Shown: positions 33,605-50,052, numbered from the stretch's first letter. The stretch is DNA of 64,000 bases from the human T2T-CHM13v2.0 reference genome, Homo sapiens (GCF_009914755.1 NC_060947.1); one strand, 5' to 3'. Numbers and translations are program-made. Notes: generated by a model from the letters alone, not told the origin.

Positions 33605-35056
33605 CAGTATGGAAAAGTCCAAAAGGGGCACCAGCATGTTCCATAGTGTGGGAGAGAGGAAAATGAAAACACCATTTACCAGATGCCTGCCAAGGGCTAT
33701 TCCTGGGCCTGCAGCTCTAGAGATGTTCCTCTGAACAAAACAGGAGCCATCTAGGACAGGTGGTGCTTGGCTATGGCAAAGAGGAGGGAACTTAAGCCCA
33801 ACGGGTCAGTAAATGATGGATTTGAGCCTTCTCTTCTATTGGATTAGTAGATCCCAACAGTCAATACAGTGGGGGGTTGGAAAAACCTTCCTGTGTTTCA
33901 TGATACCCGAATGCCAATGTCATGAATGGCAAATGCTAGCATCCCAATAATGGTGTGCCCTTCATGAAACCCCATCCAAAGATTCAGCCCCTTCTCTTAA
34001 TGTTCAAGCACCTGTTCCTGCAGAATCGGGATATGAAGAGAGGCTGGCAAAGGCCACAAACCAGGTACTTCTGCAGCTTGCGGGCGGGTGGAGGTTGGGG
34101 AGGTTTCTATGCTGTCCACACTACACTGTCACACTAACTCTATTAACCCTTTCCTACCTAGAGATAATGATATGAGAAAAGAAGGTTATCAGTTCACCTT
34201 TCCTCTAGAAGTAAATAGGGTGGTATCTCTGAACCTGGCCATCGTTACAGATGCAAATAAAATACAGAGTGGGCAATAATGCAATGCACATATGCCTAAG
34301 ACAAAACGGGCTGGCACAAATAAGGAAAGGGGCTTCATTTCTGAAAATACCAGCTCCACTTAACACTGGATATTCTCCTGCCTATGGAAATCCACAGGGT
34401 CAGTTGCAGAGAGTGCTGCATGTTTCATAGTGTTGGGAGAGGCAGTGAAAACTAACATTTACCAGGTGCCTGCCACGGGCTATTCCTGGGCTTCAGGCTC
34501 TAAAGATGTTCCTTTGAACAATTACAGCAGCCATCTAGGTTAGGTGGTCCTCAGCTATGGGAGAAAGCGGGGGAATGAGACCCAAGAAGCTAGCAAGTGG
34601 TGGATTCCAGTCTTCTCTTCCAATGGATTAGTAGACACCAATGGCCGAGGCAGGGTGTTTCTTAATTTTTGAATACTAACATCATGAATAGCAAATGCTG
34701 GCATGGCAATAAGAGCGTGCCCTGCATCTGGTCACATCTAAAATATCAGTCCCTTCTCTTTCTGAAGAAATACCTGTTCCTGCAGAATCTCCATATCCTG
34801 AAATGGAGAGATGCTGGTCAGGGCCACAGACCAGGTGCTTCTGCAGTTTGCAGTTTCTCTATTGTCCTCAGGACACTGTCATACTATTAGCCCTTTCCTG
34901 CCTCGTGATAGTGATGTCTGAAAAGAATGTTATCAGTTCACCTCTCCTCTAAAAATAAATAGGTTGGTTTCTCTAAACCTGGCCATCAGCAACACATACA
35001 CATGAAATTCTGAATGAGCAATAATTCACTGCTCACATGCCCAAAGGAAAACAGGT
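33605..35056. repeat. Ancient diverged tandem duplication (~780-bp period)
   Basis: Colinear blocks, e.g. TTTACCAG.TGCCTGCCA.GGGCTATTCCTGGGC at 33676 and 34458, CCTGTTCCTGCAGAATC and GTTATCAGTTCACCT in both copies. Confidence 0.85.
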
Positions 35057-35660
35057 TCTTTTCCTAGGACTTGTACAGGAGGCTTAGACAGGGTAACTTC
35101 CCAGGGGATGGCTGTACTGAGTTTGCAAATTTGGGCTGAGACTCATTCAAACTACCTGGGGAATGCAAGTTAACCTGCAGAGGAGAAAGCGAAAAAGAAA
35201 AAGGAGAAAGACCCATGTTCAAATGGAAATTAAATACATATCTGATGGATTCCATGATCAGCTTTAACACTTTCATCTATAAACAGTGTCTGGCACCAGT
35301 TGGCTCCAGCACAGAAGGGATTGCTTTGTACCTGGTGGAGACCCTGCCATGCCTGACCCAAGGAAGCCTGCTTGGTGACTAGGCAGGCACAGAAGGATGG
35401 AGAACACACTTCGTCTGTTTCCCCCAGGCCCAGACAGGAAACAGAAAACTTTCCTCAAGGCCATTACAGGCCTTTTTAGGGGACCATGTTGCCACTGGCT
35501 GGCAATCTCACAGAAAACACCTCTTTGCTATTTACAGTGCGTTTTCAAAAAAGTAAAATCCAGATTCTCCCAGGGTGTCTAGGATCTCAGGAATTGGAGC
35601 CCCTCTATTGCGTAGAGAAAAATCAGAATGAGGGTTTCTTTCCTCATTTCAAGAGATCGC

Positions 35661-36530
35661 TGGCTCTGCAGCCCAGCTCAAAAGCCCATCCTCCAGGCCA
35701 CTTCCCCGGCTGAGCCAGACCCCTTGCTCCCATGACTCTCTGAGAGCCAGGCCCAGGGTCGGGTTCCCTGAGACCAGCCTGGACCCTAGATGGCCACGCC
35801 TCCGAGCGCTATTGGCGCCGGAGGCGCGACTCTTTTTCCTATTCCCAGGAGGGTAAAAAAGCGGGAACAATGGCTTTCAGGACGGAGGGACACAAACACC
35901 CAATGCCGCAGCGACTGGGAGGGTCGCGATGCAGGAGGACGAAATGGGAGAAGGGGGACAAGGGGGACTTCGGCCTCCCTGCGGGCGCTGGAAAGTCCGC
36001 TCGCCTCTCGCCGGCAAGGGATGACGCCCTGGGCCTTTTGTACCACTCGCCACGGAAAATGGTCACACGCTTTTGTCCTCAAGCCGAACACTATCAGAAA
36101 CACGGGGTCCCTGGAAGCCGCCATCTTGGCCATTGGCGGTGGCGCACCCACCCCCGTGCTACTGCGCGTGCGCGGCGCTGCGACACACTCCGACCCCATC
36201 CCGCGTTCCCAGGGGGCGGTGGGAAGCGGAAGTGCTCCGCTGACCCGGGAGGGCGGTCCCTAGTTCACACTGGCTGTTGTCAGCGGCCTCTGAGGTTTCA
36301 GGCTCTTGGCGGTGAAGTAAGAGGGACGCGGAGGTGGTGATGGTTTTGATGGGGGCGGGGGTTGACGGGGTCGTGGGGTCATGGGGCCATGGGTGAACGC
36401 CTTTGTGGGTGACAGGGTGGCTCTACAGCCCAGCTCAAAAGCCCATCCTCCAGGCCACTTCCCCTCCTGAGACAGGCCCCTTGCTCTCAGGACCCTCTGA
36501 GCCAGGACCAGGGTCCGGTTCCCTGAGACC
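35661..36530 (+). repeat. ~115-bp direct repeat pair (35661-35775, 36418-36530) flanking the promoter
   Basis: Both copies share CAGCCCAGCTCAAAAGCCCATCCTCCAGGCCACTTCCCC and GGTTCCCTGAGACC. Confidence 0.92.
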
Positions 36531-36600
36531 CGCAGGCCTGTGGGCGTGAGTGCTGGGGACGAGGTTCGGGGCCAGCGAGTGACTGAGTCACTCGGCGCCT
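35780..36600. promoter_or_regulatory. CpG-island promoter of KRBOX4 with YY1, NRF1, GC-box and tandem ETS/GABP motifs
   Basis: High CpG density. GCCGCCATCTTG at 36117-28, TGCGCGTGCGCG at 36163-74, GGGGCGG at 36213-19 and GGAAGCGGAAGTG at 36222-34. Confidence 0.88.
36225..36316 (+). other. KRBOX4: Predicted KRBOX4 non-coding exon 1 (start approximate)
   Basis: Lies downstream of the ETS motifs; donor GAA|GTAAGA at 36317. Confidence 0.6.
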
Positions 36601-37165
36601 GTTTCCTGAGCGCCTAAAAATGCCAGGCAACCTTGCAAATGTTTCACATTAATCTTCACAGGAGCCCTGTGAGGTGTTACGATGATTATTTTCGTGTTAT
36701 AGAGAGAAAATGGCTCAGTGTGGCTTGACAACCTGTCCAAAGTCACGTAGGTAGCAAACCCGAGGAATCTTTTTTTTCTTTTCCTGTGCTTCGTTTATCA
36801 TGTTTATTGTTTCCTGTGTGTCTCCCCCGCTGGACTAGAAACTCTGCGGGAGCTGGGACTTTGAGATTTTGTTCCCTGATGTATTTCCAGCACGGAGAAC
36901 GGGCTCATGGAAGGAAGGCACCCATTTCTTCAGTGAATAAAAGTGGCACAGCAGTCAGTCAGTTGATTCCAAAGCCCGGACTCAGGAAGGCAGGGTTTCG
37001 CTCACTGAGGATAATTGAGCTGTGAATCAATGTTAACTCTTAAAGCTAGAATGAGGCATTGTCCCTCTTCTGCTGGGTAAAACCTTTGGGTTTTACTCAA
37101 CTTCACTGCATGGAAGGGAGCATAGGTGTTGCTAATTGAATCTCCTGTGGTCATTGTGTTTCCAG

Positions 37166-37276
37166 GGTCAGAGTGCAGACCTGAGACCACTGCTCACCGA
37201 CTTCAGACTCCAGTTTATCTGTGCCCCAGCTTCCTCACTTAGTCTCAGAAGACTTAGGCTGAGGCCTCAGAAGGAG
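37166..37276 (+). other. KRBOX4: Predicted KRBOX4 non-coding exon 2 (111 nt)
   Basis: Acceptor TTGTGTTTCCAG| and consensus donor GAG|GTGAGT. Confidence 0.7.
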
Positions 37277-38719
37277 GTGAGTTCCCTGGGTCACAGGCAG
37301 AGATCTGGTGCTATAGTGATGGCCTCAACTGGGGCGTGTTTGTCTCTGAATCCCTTGGTCCTGCGGCCTTGGACACAAGAGAGGTACGCTGAGCTGAGGC
37401 GAGTTGGAGGAGAAGCCTCAGCCCAGAGCCCAGACCCAGATCCTCAGGGCAGAGAAAGGAGGCTCACAGGATAGCAGGTCCTAGAAGAGCTGGACCCATA
37501 GTGGCCTTTGTCCCTCACTTCAGCTGAGACAAAGCAAAGCTGGCTCAACTTCCAGATGCCATCGAGGACCGTGTGACAGTGCAGTTTGATTCCTGCTGGA
37601 GGAGGGACAGGTGAAAGTCACAGGTGGATGGAGGCATGGATGTCCCCCCATGGGGCAGGTGCCCTGCTGTAGTGCCTGTAAAGGCGCTATGAGGCTGGGA
37701 AGGATCACAGCCAGCCACAGAGGATTGGCCTCTCCTAGCACACCTATTTGTGCACCCCTGTGTTCCCGTCTCTTGCCATTGGCTATTTCTGAATTTGAGT
37801 CAGCCCCACACCATCAATCAGGTGCTTCCAGGGGAAATGCTGAGTGTCCCTTCATCCTGACCAAAGTGCAGAAAATATATTTTTAGTTTATAGAATTTCC
37901 AAGTAGTCTCTAGGTACGCTGTCATCCATCTCTGCTGCCTTATTTCAATGCTTAATGAAAGTGGGCCAGGGGACATGACCTGCTAAGCCACACCAAGCTG
38001 AACCTGTTGTCCTGATACTGTCACAATGATTGTTGCAGTATGCAATGGTTACTCTGCACAGAAGCTCCTTGCTGGAACTTTATTTGAAAAACTACCAAAG
38101 AAGGAGGAGCCTGGTAATCAAAATGCAAATTGTGAGAAAGGAGAAAATGATGGGGTGGGAACAGGGTAGGTGGCCAGTTAAAGAGGCAGATGCAGGGGAG
38201 CAGGCACGGTGGTTTTCAGCCCCTCACAGAACTGACAGTGCTGGGCTGTTACCCACCCAGCCCCACACCTCTCCTCCACTGTGGCCCTCTGAGCCCCTGT
38301 TGGGCTCCTTCCTCCAAACCACATCAAGAGATCCTACTTATACACACTTGCAGAGGGTCTTTTCACCTCTAGGGCTCGGTTTGATAAGTGGTGATTTTTA
38401 ATAATTTTTAATTTTTGTTTTACTAGTGATATTCTTTGTCAAAAATTGAGAAAATGCAAATAAAAGAAGAAAATTGAAATCACCACTCAAAAGTAACCAA
38501 TATCAGCATTTTAATAAATCCTCTGAGACATCATATATGTGCATATTGATTATCAAAAATGAGATCACACTGCGCTTGCTTTCTTGGAACCTGCTTTTAA
38601 ACACATTAGGAACTAAAAACAAATTCCATAGCATTTTGAAAGGCTGTTCAGTATACCTGCTTTTGCATGTGTCATATTTTTTAACTGTGTCCTCTTTGCT
38701 GGATATTTAGTTGCTTCCA

Positions 38720-39132
<413 letters not shown>

Positions 39133-39339
39133 TAAAGGAGATGTTAATTGTTACTGGTTTCTAAAATAGATATCTTTAGACGTAAGTCATACATCTGTCC
39201 AGTAAGGGAAACAAAATTTCATGTGGAAAACCTACATGATCTTAGTAGAGTTTCATGGAAACAGGCTGGAGCTACCAGGTCATGTTTTTAGATCACTCTC
39301 CCTAGGGTACAAGGGTAATTATTATTGGGATGGTAATGA

Positions 39340-39955
<616 letters not shown>

Positions 39956-40901
39956 CTCTCTACTTGTTCTTCTGAGAACTGTACCTCATCTTCTCTTCAT
40001 TTCCTTCTCACAGAAGATTGTTTACATACATAGATTCATCTTGCTCTTTCCTCTTTCTTCACTTCTAGATCACTTGGTCTTTTTCATCATTCATATTTAT
40101 GATAATAAGTTTGTGCATAATGTTTTGATGTGCGTAGAAAAAGCTAGTAGCCCAAAAGATTCTATTCCTTCTCCCCCAAGTACCATGTTCCTCGTCAGAG
40201 ATGCCCACTGTTAACAGTTGGGTTAAATGGTGGGGTAGATGCATTTATGTCAATTTAATGAACCAAAAACATATACACATGTATTGTTTTCATGCTTTTA
40301 CACAAATGGCATCATACTCCCATACCCATCTTGCCTTTTGCACCTGATTACTTTCTGGGTGGTGTTCCTTGTCGATATATAAAGATTGTTTTAATTTCTA
40401 TCTCATAGTATGGATGTCTTAATATCATGTAACTATTTATTTATGGATATTTAAGTTTTTAATTTTTTTTTACTGTTGTAAACAGTGCCTCATAAACAAC
40501 TTTCTCTGTATCTACTTGCTCTGTAGTACCAGTGTTTATGGAGGTTATACCTGGAAGTCGGGTTTTGACTAAAAGGTACTGAAACTTAAGTTTTGCCCTC
40601 CGAAATCCTTCATAATTACTCCTTTCACTAAATGTAAAGACCAGATAATTTCTGTGTTCCAATTTTCCAGGCTATTAAAGATGAAAAGGCACCCAGTTCA
40701 TTTTGTGAAGCCACTTAACCTGAAATTTGAGGAAGATACTACAAAAAAGAAAATTATAGACCAGTTTCCCTTAAGAATATAAATGTCAAAATATTAAAAA
40801 TACTCTGAATAGAACATTAACAAATTGCATTGGGCATTTCAAAAGCAAATGGATACACATTGTAAAAAAATTCAAACAAAAGCTTTGTTCAGCAAAAAAA
40901 A

Positions 40902-41135
40902 GTTTTTTGTGGTTTTTGTTTTTTGATGCAGGGTCTGGCTCTATCCCCCAGGCTGAAGTGCCGTGGCACAATTTCAGCTCACTGCAACCTCCGCCTCCCA
41001 GACTCAACAATCCTCCCACCTCAGCCTCCCAAGTAGCTGGGACTACAGGCACATGCCACCATGCCCAGCCAATTTTTGTATTTTTTGTAGAGATGGAGTT
41101 TTGCTATGTTGCCCAGGCTGGTCTTGAACTCATGA
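40902..41135 (-). mobile_element. Alu (AluJ-like), 5'-truncated
   Basis: Right monomer plus part of the left monomer. Confidence 0.88.
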
Positions 41136-41289
41136 ATCTCTTTCTCTGCCTATGCACAATCACTCGTTCTCTCCTGCATGTGCTCTCTCTCTCTCTTTCT
41201 CTTTCTCTCTTTAACAAGTTACAGTACATCCTGGTCTTTCTGGTCCTTTTTTTTTTTTTAACGAACTTTTCACTTGTATTAACTCTACA

Positions 41290-41503
41290 CCACGGTTTCT
41301 TAGTGTGGCACTATTGACATTTTGGTTGAGGTCATTATTTGTCATGGGTTGCTTTCCTGTGCATTGTATATGTAACAGCATCCCTGGACTCTCTCTACTA
41401 GATGCCAATAGTGCTCCCTCCTCCAGTTTTGGCAACCAAAATATCTCTTGTCATTGTCAAATATTCCCTGAGGAATAAAATTATCCAGTGTTTAAAACCA
41501 GTG
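41290..41503 (+). mobile_element. MER20-like hAT MITE
   Basis: GGCACTATTGACATTTTGG...CTAGATGCCAATAG...AAAATATCTC..GTCATTGTCAAAT. Confidence 0.85.
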
Positions 41504-43378
41504 GCCTACCCCGCTTACAAAAATGGCTGCTTTCATTTGATGGCAATACCACTATTTATTTACCTTTCTCCTAATAATAGATATTTAGGATATTCCTAGT
41601 CTTTTGCTACCATAAACAACATAGCAGTGTATAGTAGATTCCCATTGTGTACATGTGAGAACATTTATAGGATAACTTTCTAAATATGAAGTTTCTAGGT
41701 CAAAGTTTATACATCTTGAATTTTGATTCAGAACTGTCAATTGCCTTCCAAATAGGATGTACTGATTTGCATGGCTGGCAACATTATAATGCCTTTTCCT
41801 GTAAATGGGAAATCACAGTGTATTATCCGCTGTGATTTTTGCCATTGTGAGGGAGAAAAGAGTCGTGCATTTTAATTTGTTTTTCTTGATTTGAGTGTCT
41901 TTTTTCATTTTTAACCACCATTTGTACTTTTTTCTTTCAAATATTTATTCTAGTCATTTGCCCCCTTTTCTCTTGGGTGTGGAATTACTTTGATTGCTGG
42001 ATGTTAGCTCCTTGGGTTAACTTAAGCAAATGAGATCTCTGTCATATATGTTGTCAATATTTTTCATAGTTTATTATTTGCTTTGATTTGTCTTATACAT
42101 CTTGGGGAGTGGACACTTAATGTGTTTTTAATATCTAATTTTACAATAATTTGTGGCTTCTAGAGTTCTTGTATTGCTTAAATAGGATTCTGTGAGTTGA
42201 GATTATAAAAATGGCATTTCAGTTATGTGGAAAAAGTGGTTACTGAATGACGGTGGCACCGTTGAGTCTCCGTCTGGATGGAAAGAAAGTGAAACTCTTC
42301 TACATCATATAAAAGTGAATTCCAGATTGATCAAATACCTAAATATATATTTGAAAAATTAGGTGACAATTTAAGAAGATATTGGTATAACTTTGCTTAG
42401 TGCAAGAAACTTTTTTTTTAAATGGTACAATGTTTTTCTTTTAATGATCATTGGGACATCTTAAAATTAACTACTAAGTAACCACATAAATAAGGAAACA
42501 TAAGAAATGCCATAACCCAAGTACTTTTGAAACTACTTCTTAGTTCCAAGCCCCAGCATGTATCAATTGTATGAATTAATTTTTTTTATTCAGAACCTGG
42601 ATCTTTGTTTTAAGACTAGTATAAACAAAAATAAAATGTAAACAACTTGTTATTAACATAATAGCTGCAGTTATTAACTGCAAGAATACAGTAAAAAAGT
42701 CATACTAAATGTTAATGTTCTTGTAACAGAATTATCCATATCACCTTATGGTAGCAAATTCTGGCAAGAAATGATCATTCATTTCTTATTAAAAATACTT
42801 ATTTCCAAGATCAGTTATACCACAAATAAAACCACAGTTTATTCAATAGAGCCCTTACCTTTCTCTTTTTTTCCTGAAAGATCTGCCATTTACAGGGAAC
42901 TACTAATTTCAGATCAGTTACTCAAACCAGGGTTATTCCTGTAAATGTACATCTTAACTTTATATATAGTAGGTGTACACTCATATTCCCTCTCTAGTCT
43001 TGAAGCTAAACACTTTCACAAAAGAAACAACCTAAAATCACTTCATGTGAATCTTGGTTCTTACTTTTCTTCTACCTCATTTGTTCTTCCTCCTCATCAC
43101 AAAAATTATCTTCCTGCATGGTGGTAAAGGAGAGAGATCTAGCAGCCACTTCTACAGCAAAGCCATCAGTGAAGGTAAAATTCAGTGACAGCTGTAGCTG
43201 TGCCAGCCTCTGCTGAATGGAAGTCTGTAAGGACTCCCTGGGAGATGGAGGGGTAGTGGCCAGAACGCCTCCATCTGCTTGAGATTCATCTTCGCCCTCA
43301 CATTGGTAACACATTCTGTCTTCTCTCCTTGGAGGAAGACTTCATTTGCAGAATTGTCTTTATTTTTACCCTCTAGAT

Positions 43379-43933
<555 letters not shown>

Positions 43934-45193
43934 CTCTAGAGAGTCTTCACATAAATACTCAGTCTTACTTACTTCATTGTCACTTGTGGAGTGTTTACTA
44001 TTTTCCTCTTCAGTATCATTTTTACTGAATTTTCCTGTATCTGAATTCATTGATGGTTCTGAATTACTTGTGGGTTCCACTAGGTTTACAGGAGACAAGG
44101 ATTTCAACACAGCATGATCACTAAGTAGAAGTTATAACCACTTCTGCCTTTCTGCCTCTGAAGCTTTAAATCCCAGCACAGATTTTAATTCTTAGAGCAC
44201 CCTCTTGGATTCTTCATGCTCGTGCTTCTGTCTTTCTTTGTCTTCCTGAGACAAGTAATAAAAATCATCCTTTCTGCAATCACTGTCAATATCTATATCA
44301 TCTACATAAGCTTCTAAGTCCTATTCATCCTCCTCAGGGAGTGGATCTTTGTCGGCAATGTGTAGAGTAGGCTGCATCAAAGTTACCACTGTACAGTATG
44401 GGTTTTCACACACTACCTCAGGCTTGCCTTTTTTAAATCTGTATTTCTTCATAGCAGTTTGTCCACCTGAGAAATGGCCTCTTCCCAGCAATTGTTGCTT
44501 GTTTAAACATGGGGCTGAATCAACTTTAATTTCTGTTCTAGGATTTGATAAGCCTCTGACACTGTTCTTGTTTCTTTAATACAAAAAAGCTTTTCAAATT
44601 TATCTTCGAGAATTATTACCTTATTCAGTAATGCTTTCACATGGAGCTGCAAGTTGTACACTGCTGTGTGAACGTTATTCAGTTCTTTTGACTTCTGTTG
44701 AGTTTTGGATAAACACTGGTACTGACTGGTGCTGAGTTTCAAAGTACTGATAGAATTCAGAGTTGCTCTTAAGCTCTTCCAAACAGGCATAGTAAGCATG
44801 AGGTAGACCTTGAGTCAAATCAGATAACATATGATGAGGCAAAAGTGCTGAAGTAAGTAAGGGCCCAGGAGGTGAATTGGCTGTAGGAAGTAATAAGACT
44901 AACCATCTGTAGAATTCTGAACGCTGCCATCCAGAGTTGGAACAAAACCTTCAATGTAGGCAGGCTAAAGTCATCTGTAAAGTTAGGTGCTTCCTCTTCT
45001 GAAATCTACTCTTCACTAAGTCCAAGGCCCAGCTCCTTAAAAGGCACGACACAGATATAGCTGGTTGCATTGTCACTTTCAGAGTTCAGGGGGTAGTTTT
45101 TCAGCATCTATAGGATAGATAGCCTTGCTGCTTGGAAGTTCTGTAGACAGCTTTCCAGAGACTGATGAGGTACTGAGTGGGATGCCATCCAGC

Positions 45194-45361
45194 TTTATTA
45201 AATGGGATAAATAATCATTTATCATTTAATAATAATTTAATAATGTATTATTAAATTATTATATATTTTATAAATATAAAGTATAATTTATTAATTATTA
45301 TAAATTTAATAATTTATTATTAATCATTTAATAAATTATCTCATTTATTAAATGGGATAAA
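45194..45361. repeat. AT-rich low-complexity insertion bounded by an 18-bp direct repeat
   Basis: TTTATTAAATGGGATAAA at 45194-211 and 45344-361. Confidence 0.9.
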
Positions 45362-46675
45362 GCACTGACCCTGTCAAGCAAAAGTATAAATCCTCTGGAA
45401 ATCACTTCAGTTTCTTGAATGAGATGTAAAGCTTTTCTTACAAGGTTAGTAAAAGCTCAGCTATTTGCTGCCATATCTTCCAAGTGAACATTGTATTTTT
45501 TTCAGGTCACTTGTAGTTTAGCTGTCCTCCATACTCTCAAAGCTCTTATGACCAAATAAACAAATAGAATCACTCCCCATACCAGCCAGGAAGATAACAT
45601 CCACCAAGCAGGAAGCATAACGAGCAAACTAATGAAGGCAAATAGCATTGAGACATCCCAAATATTAGGGGTTGCCAGGGAGCAAAGTGTTGGAAGGTGT
45701 CCACTTTCCTGTTGTTGAGGTTGTCCTGCTTACAGGATACTGGAATCAAGTAGCTCAGTGAGCTCCACATCCTCTTGAAACAGGACTTCCTGTTGCAGGA
45801 TGGTATGTAATGAGTTGAGTCGGAATCCAATATCCAACTTGTGAAGTAAGTCATCTTTCTTACTGCGCTGAGAAAAAACCCAACTTCTGGTGGTTTTAGC
45901 CACTTTTAACAGAATGCGTTGCTTAATAACCCATTCCCTGAGCATGCCAGTAAGTGGAGTTTATGTTCACCGAGTGATTACTGTATCCCAGGTATTTTGG
46001 TAGGACTCTTGTAGGAGGCTTTTGTTGTCCCTCCGTGGCGCATTTTTCTGTTTTTGGTGACAAAGAACATATTTCAAAGTCTGTGTGTCCCGGATCCTCT
46101 AAGTACTGATAAAGCGGAGAATTCCAAAAGCTACCTCCTTGTCAAACTCCAATGTCATCCTTCTCTGCCATGCCACCCACTTCAGCACGATGGGAAATCA
46201 GAAGAAACATTTTTAATGAAGATGGGAAACCTAGAAACCATAACGAGAAAGATTGTCAGATTAAACTGTATTAAAATGTTAAAACCCGTAGAATCAAAAG
46301 ACATATTTGAGGCTGAGAGAAAATACATGCAATGCATATGATATGCAAAGGATTCATATATAGAAAATGAAAAAGGATGAAAGAAGATGAAAAATGTGGT
46401 GGACATATAGTCAAAAAGATAAGGCAAGCAATTTATGAGAAAAAAGTGTGATGCCATTTGAAAAGATGTTTACTTTCCCCAGTTTTCAAGCCATGAAAAC
46501 AGGGCTGATTTTCATTCCTCCCTTTCTGTTGCATTCCAACAAATGAACCCAGTCTCAGCCCTTCTACTGTTTGCCTTTCAGAGTTTTTTTTTTTTTTTTT
46601 TTTTTATATATACAAAACCACAACATTTTGCATGGGTTGTTTTTAATGAAAATATGCTCCTCCTATGCTTTTCTG

Positions 46676-46997
46676 TTTTGGGGTTTTTGTTTTTTGTTTG
46701 TTTGTTTGTTTGTTTTTTGAGATGGAGTTTCGCTGTGTCACCCAGGCTGGAGTGCAGTGGCACAGTCGGCTCACCGCAACCTCCACTTCTCGGGTTCAAG
46801 CGATTCTCCCGCTCAGCCTCCCAAGTAGCTGGGATTACAGGTGCCTGCCACCACGCCCAGCTAATTTTTGTATTTTTAGTAGAGATGAGGTTTCACCATG
46901 TTGGCCAGTCTGGTGTCAAACTCCTGACCTCAAGTGGTCCACCCGCCTTGGCCTCTCAAAGTGCTGGGATTACAGGCATGAGCCACCGCACCTGGCC
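46676..46997 (-). mobile_element. Alu (AluSx-like), left inversion breakpoint
   Basis: Reverse Alu whose two flanks do not match each other but match the flanks of the Alu at 47988. Confidence 0.94.
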
Positions 46998-47947
46998 CCG
47001 ACATTAGAAATTTCTAAGCACAATGAAAATCTTAAAAATTATCAAACATCCATATCAAAGTGAGAAAAATATTTGAAGTATACATAACAATGGGCTGCCT
47101 TCTTTTATACACTAAAATTCTAACAAATCATTGAAGATCACACCTAATATATAGCTGAAAGAATATGAAATGTATGTAGAATAGTATACCATGTATCATA
47201 CTTCATATTCTTAAACATTAAAAAGGTTGATAATAGTACAGTCAAGTATGTAGAAAAAACACCAAAGAAGTTATAAACTGTATACAGCATTTTGTGGTGG
47301 AACAGTTGGTTTACATATATCAACATTTACAATGCAAATACCCTTAACACAGTAATGCCCTTTCTAGAATTTTACCCTAGACCTTTAATATATCAATAAG
47401 ACAAGACAACCCAACAGAATGAAGACTCATAGTAACAGAAATATTAGTGGCCTAGAAACATACAAAAAGATTATAATCCTCACTAAAACTCACATACCTG
47501 CTGTCATTTATCTGTAAGAGTGGTAAACTTTGAAAAGATAGATAAGAGCCACTGTGGATGAGAGTACTGGCTGGTTGAGAGGTAATTTGGCTGTACTTAT
47601 TAAATATCTTTTTCTTATTTTAATCAGCAGTTGCATTGATAGGACTCCATCCTAGTGAAATATTTATATGTCCACAAAGATTTCCAAAGCAGTTCTATTC
47701 ATACTAGCAAAAAGTAGAAGGAGAAAGCCCTAAGTGTCCCATGTTCCTGAGAATCCAATAATGGTAGAATGATAGCTATACTACCAGGTGGCATTGCTTA
47801 TGATAAAAATGACCCCTGATTGGTAAACAAACTTCACATGGATGAGGAGGACTACAGAATAGTTAAATAAATTGCCACATCCATACTCTGGAACTGTTAT
47901 GATAAAAATTGACTCATATGTAAGAATGTCTGGGATACTTTTGTCTA

Positions 47948-48293
<346 letters not shown>

Positions 48294-48664
48294 GAAATTT
48301 CTGATGTCTAGGTAGTCAAGTTTATCACTCTGTAGCTATGTATTTTCTGAATTTGGGGATTGCTTAGAAAGGCCATCAGCCACTACAAAACTATCAAAAC
48401 TTTTAACTTATCTATCATTTTTATGGTTATTTTGTACACATTTAAATCTCTAATCCATCTGTAATTTACTTGGGGGCTCAGAGTAAGATGAGTAATTTAC
48501 TTTTATGGAGTTTCTTCCCTCCATAAATGCCTAGCCAGATTTTCCTAATGACATCTTTTCTGCAGAGATTTAAGATACTTTTATTATGAAGTAACCTCTG
48601 ACACTGTACTTCTAGGATCTGTTAGTGGTTATTAACTCTCATTATCATTGTCATGTTTAGCTAT

Positions 48665-50052
<1,388 letters not shown>

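Noticed and set aside
35786-36340. Overlapping 137-157 aa ORFs in the CpG island
   Set aside because: They are expected from stop-codon scarcity in GC-rich DNA and show no recognisable domain.
46583-46675. Apparent Alu 3' transduction ending in poly(T) at 46583-605
   Set aside because: No TSD brackets it; the sequence is better explained as the L1M 3' end that continues from the inverted segment.
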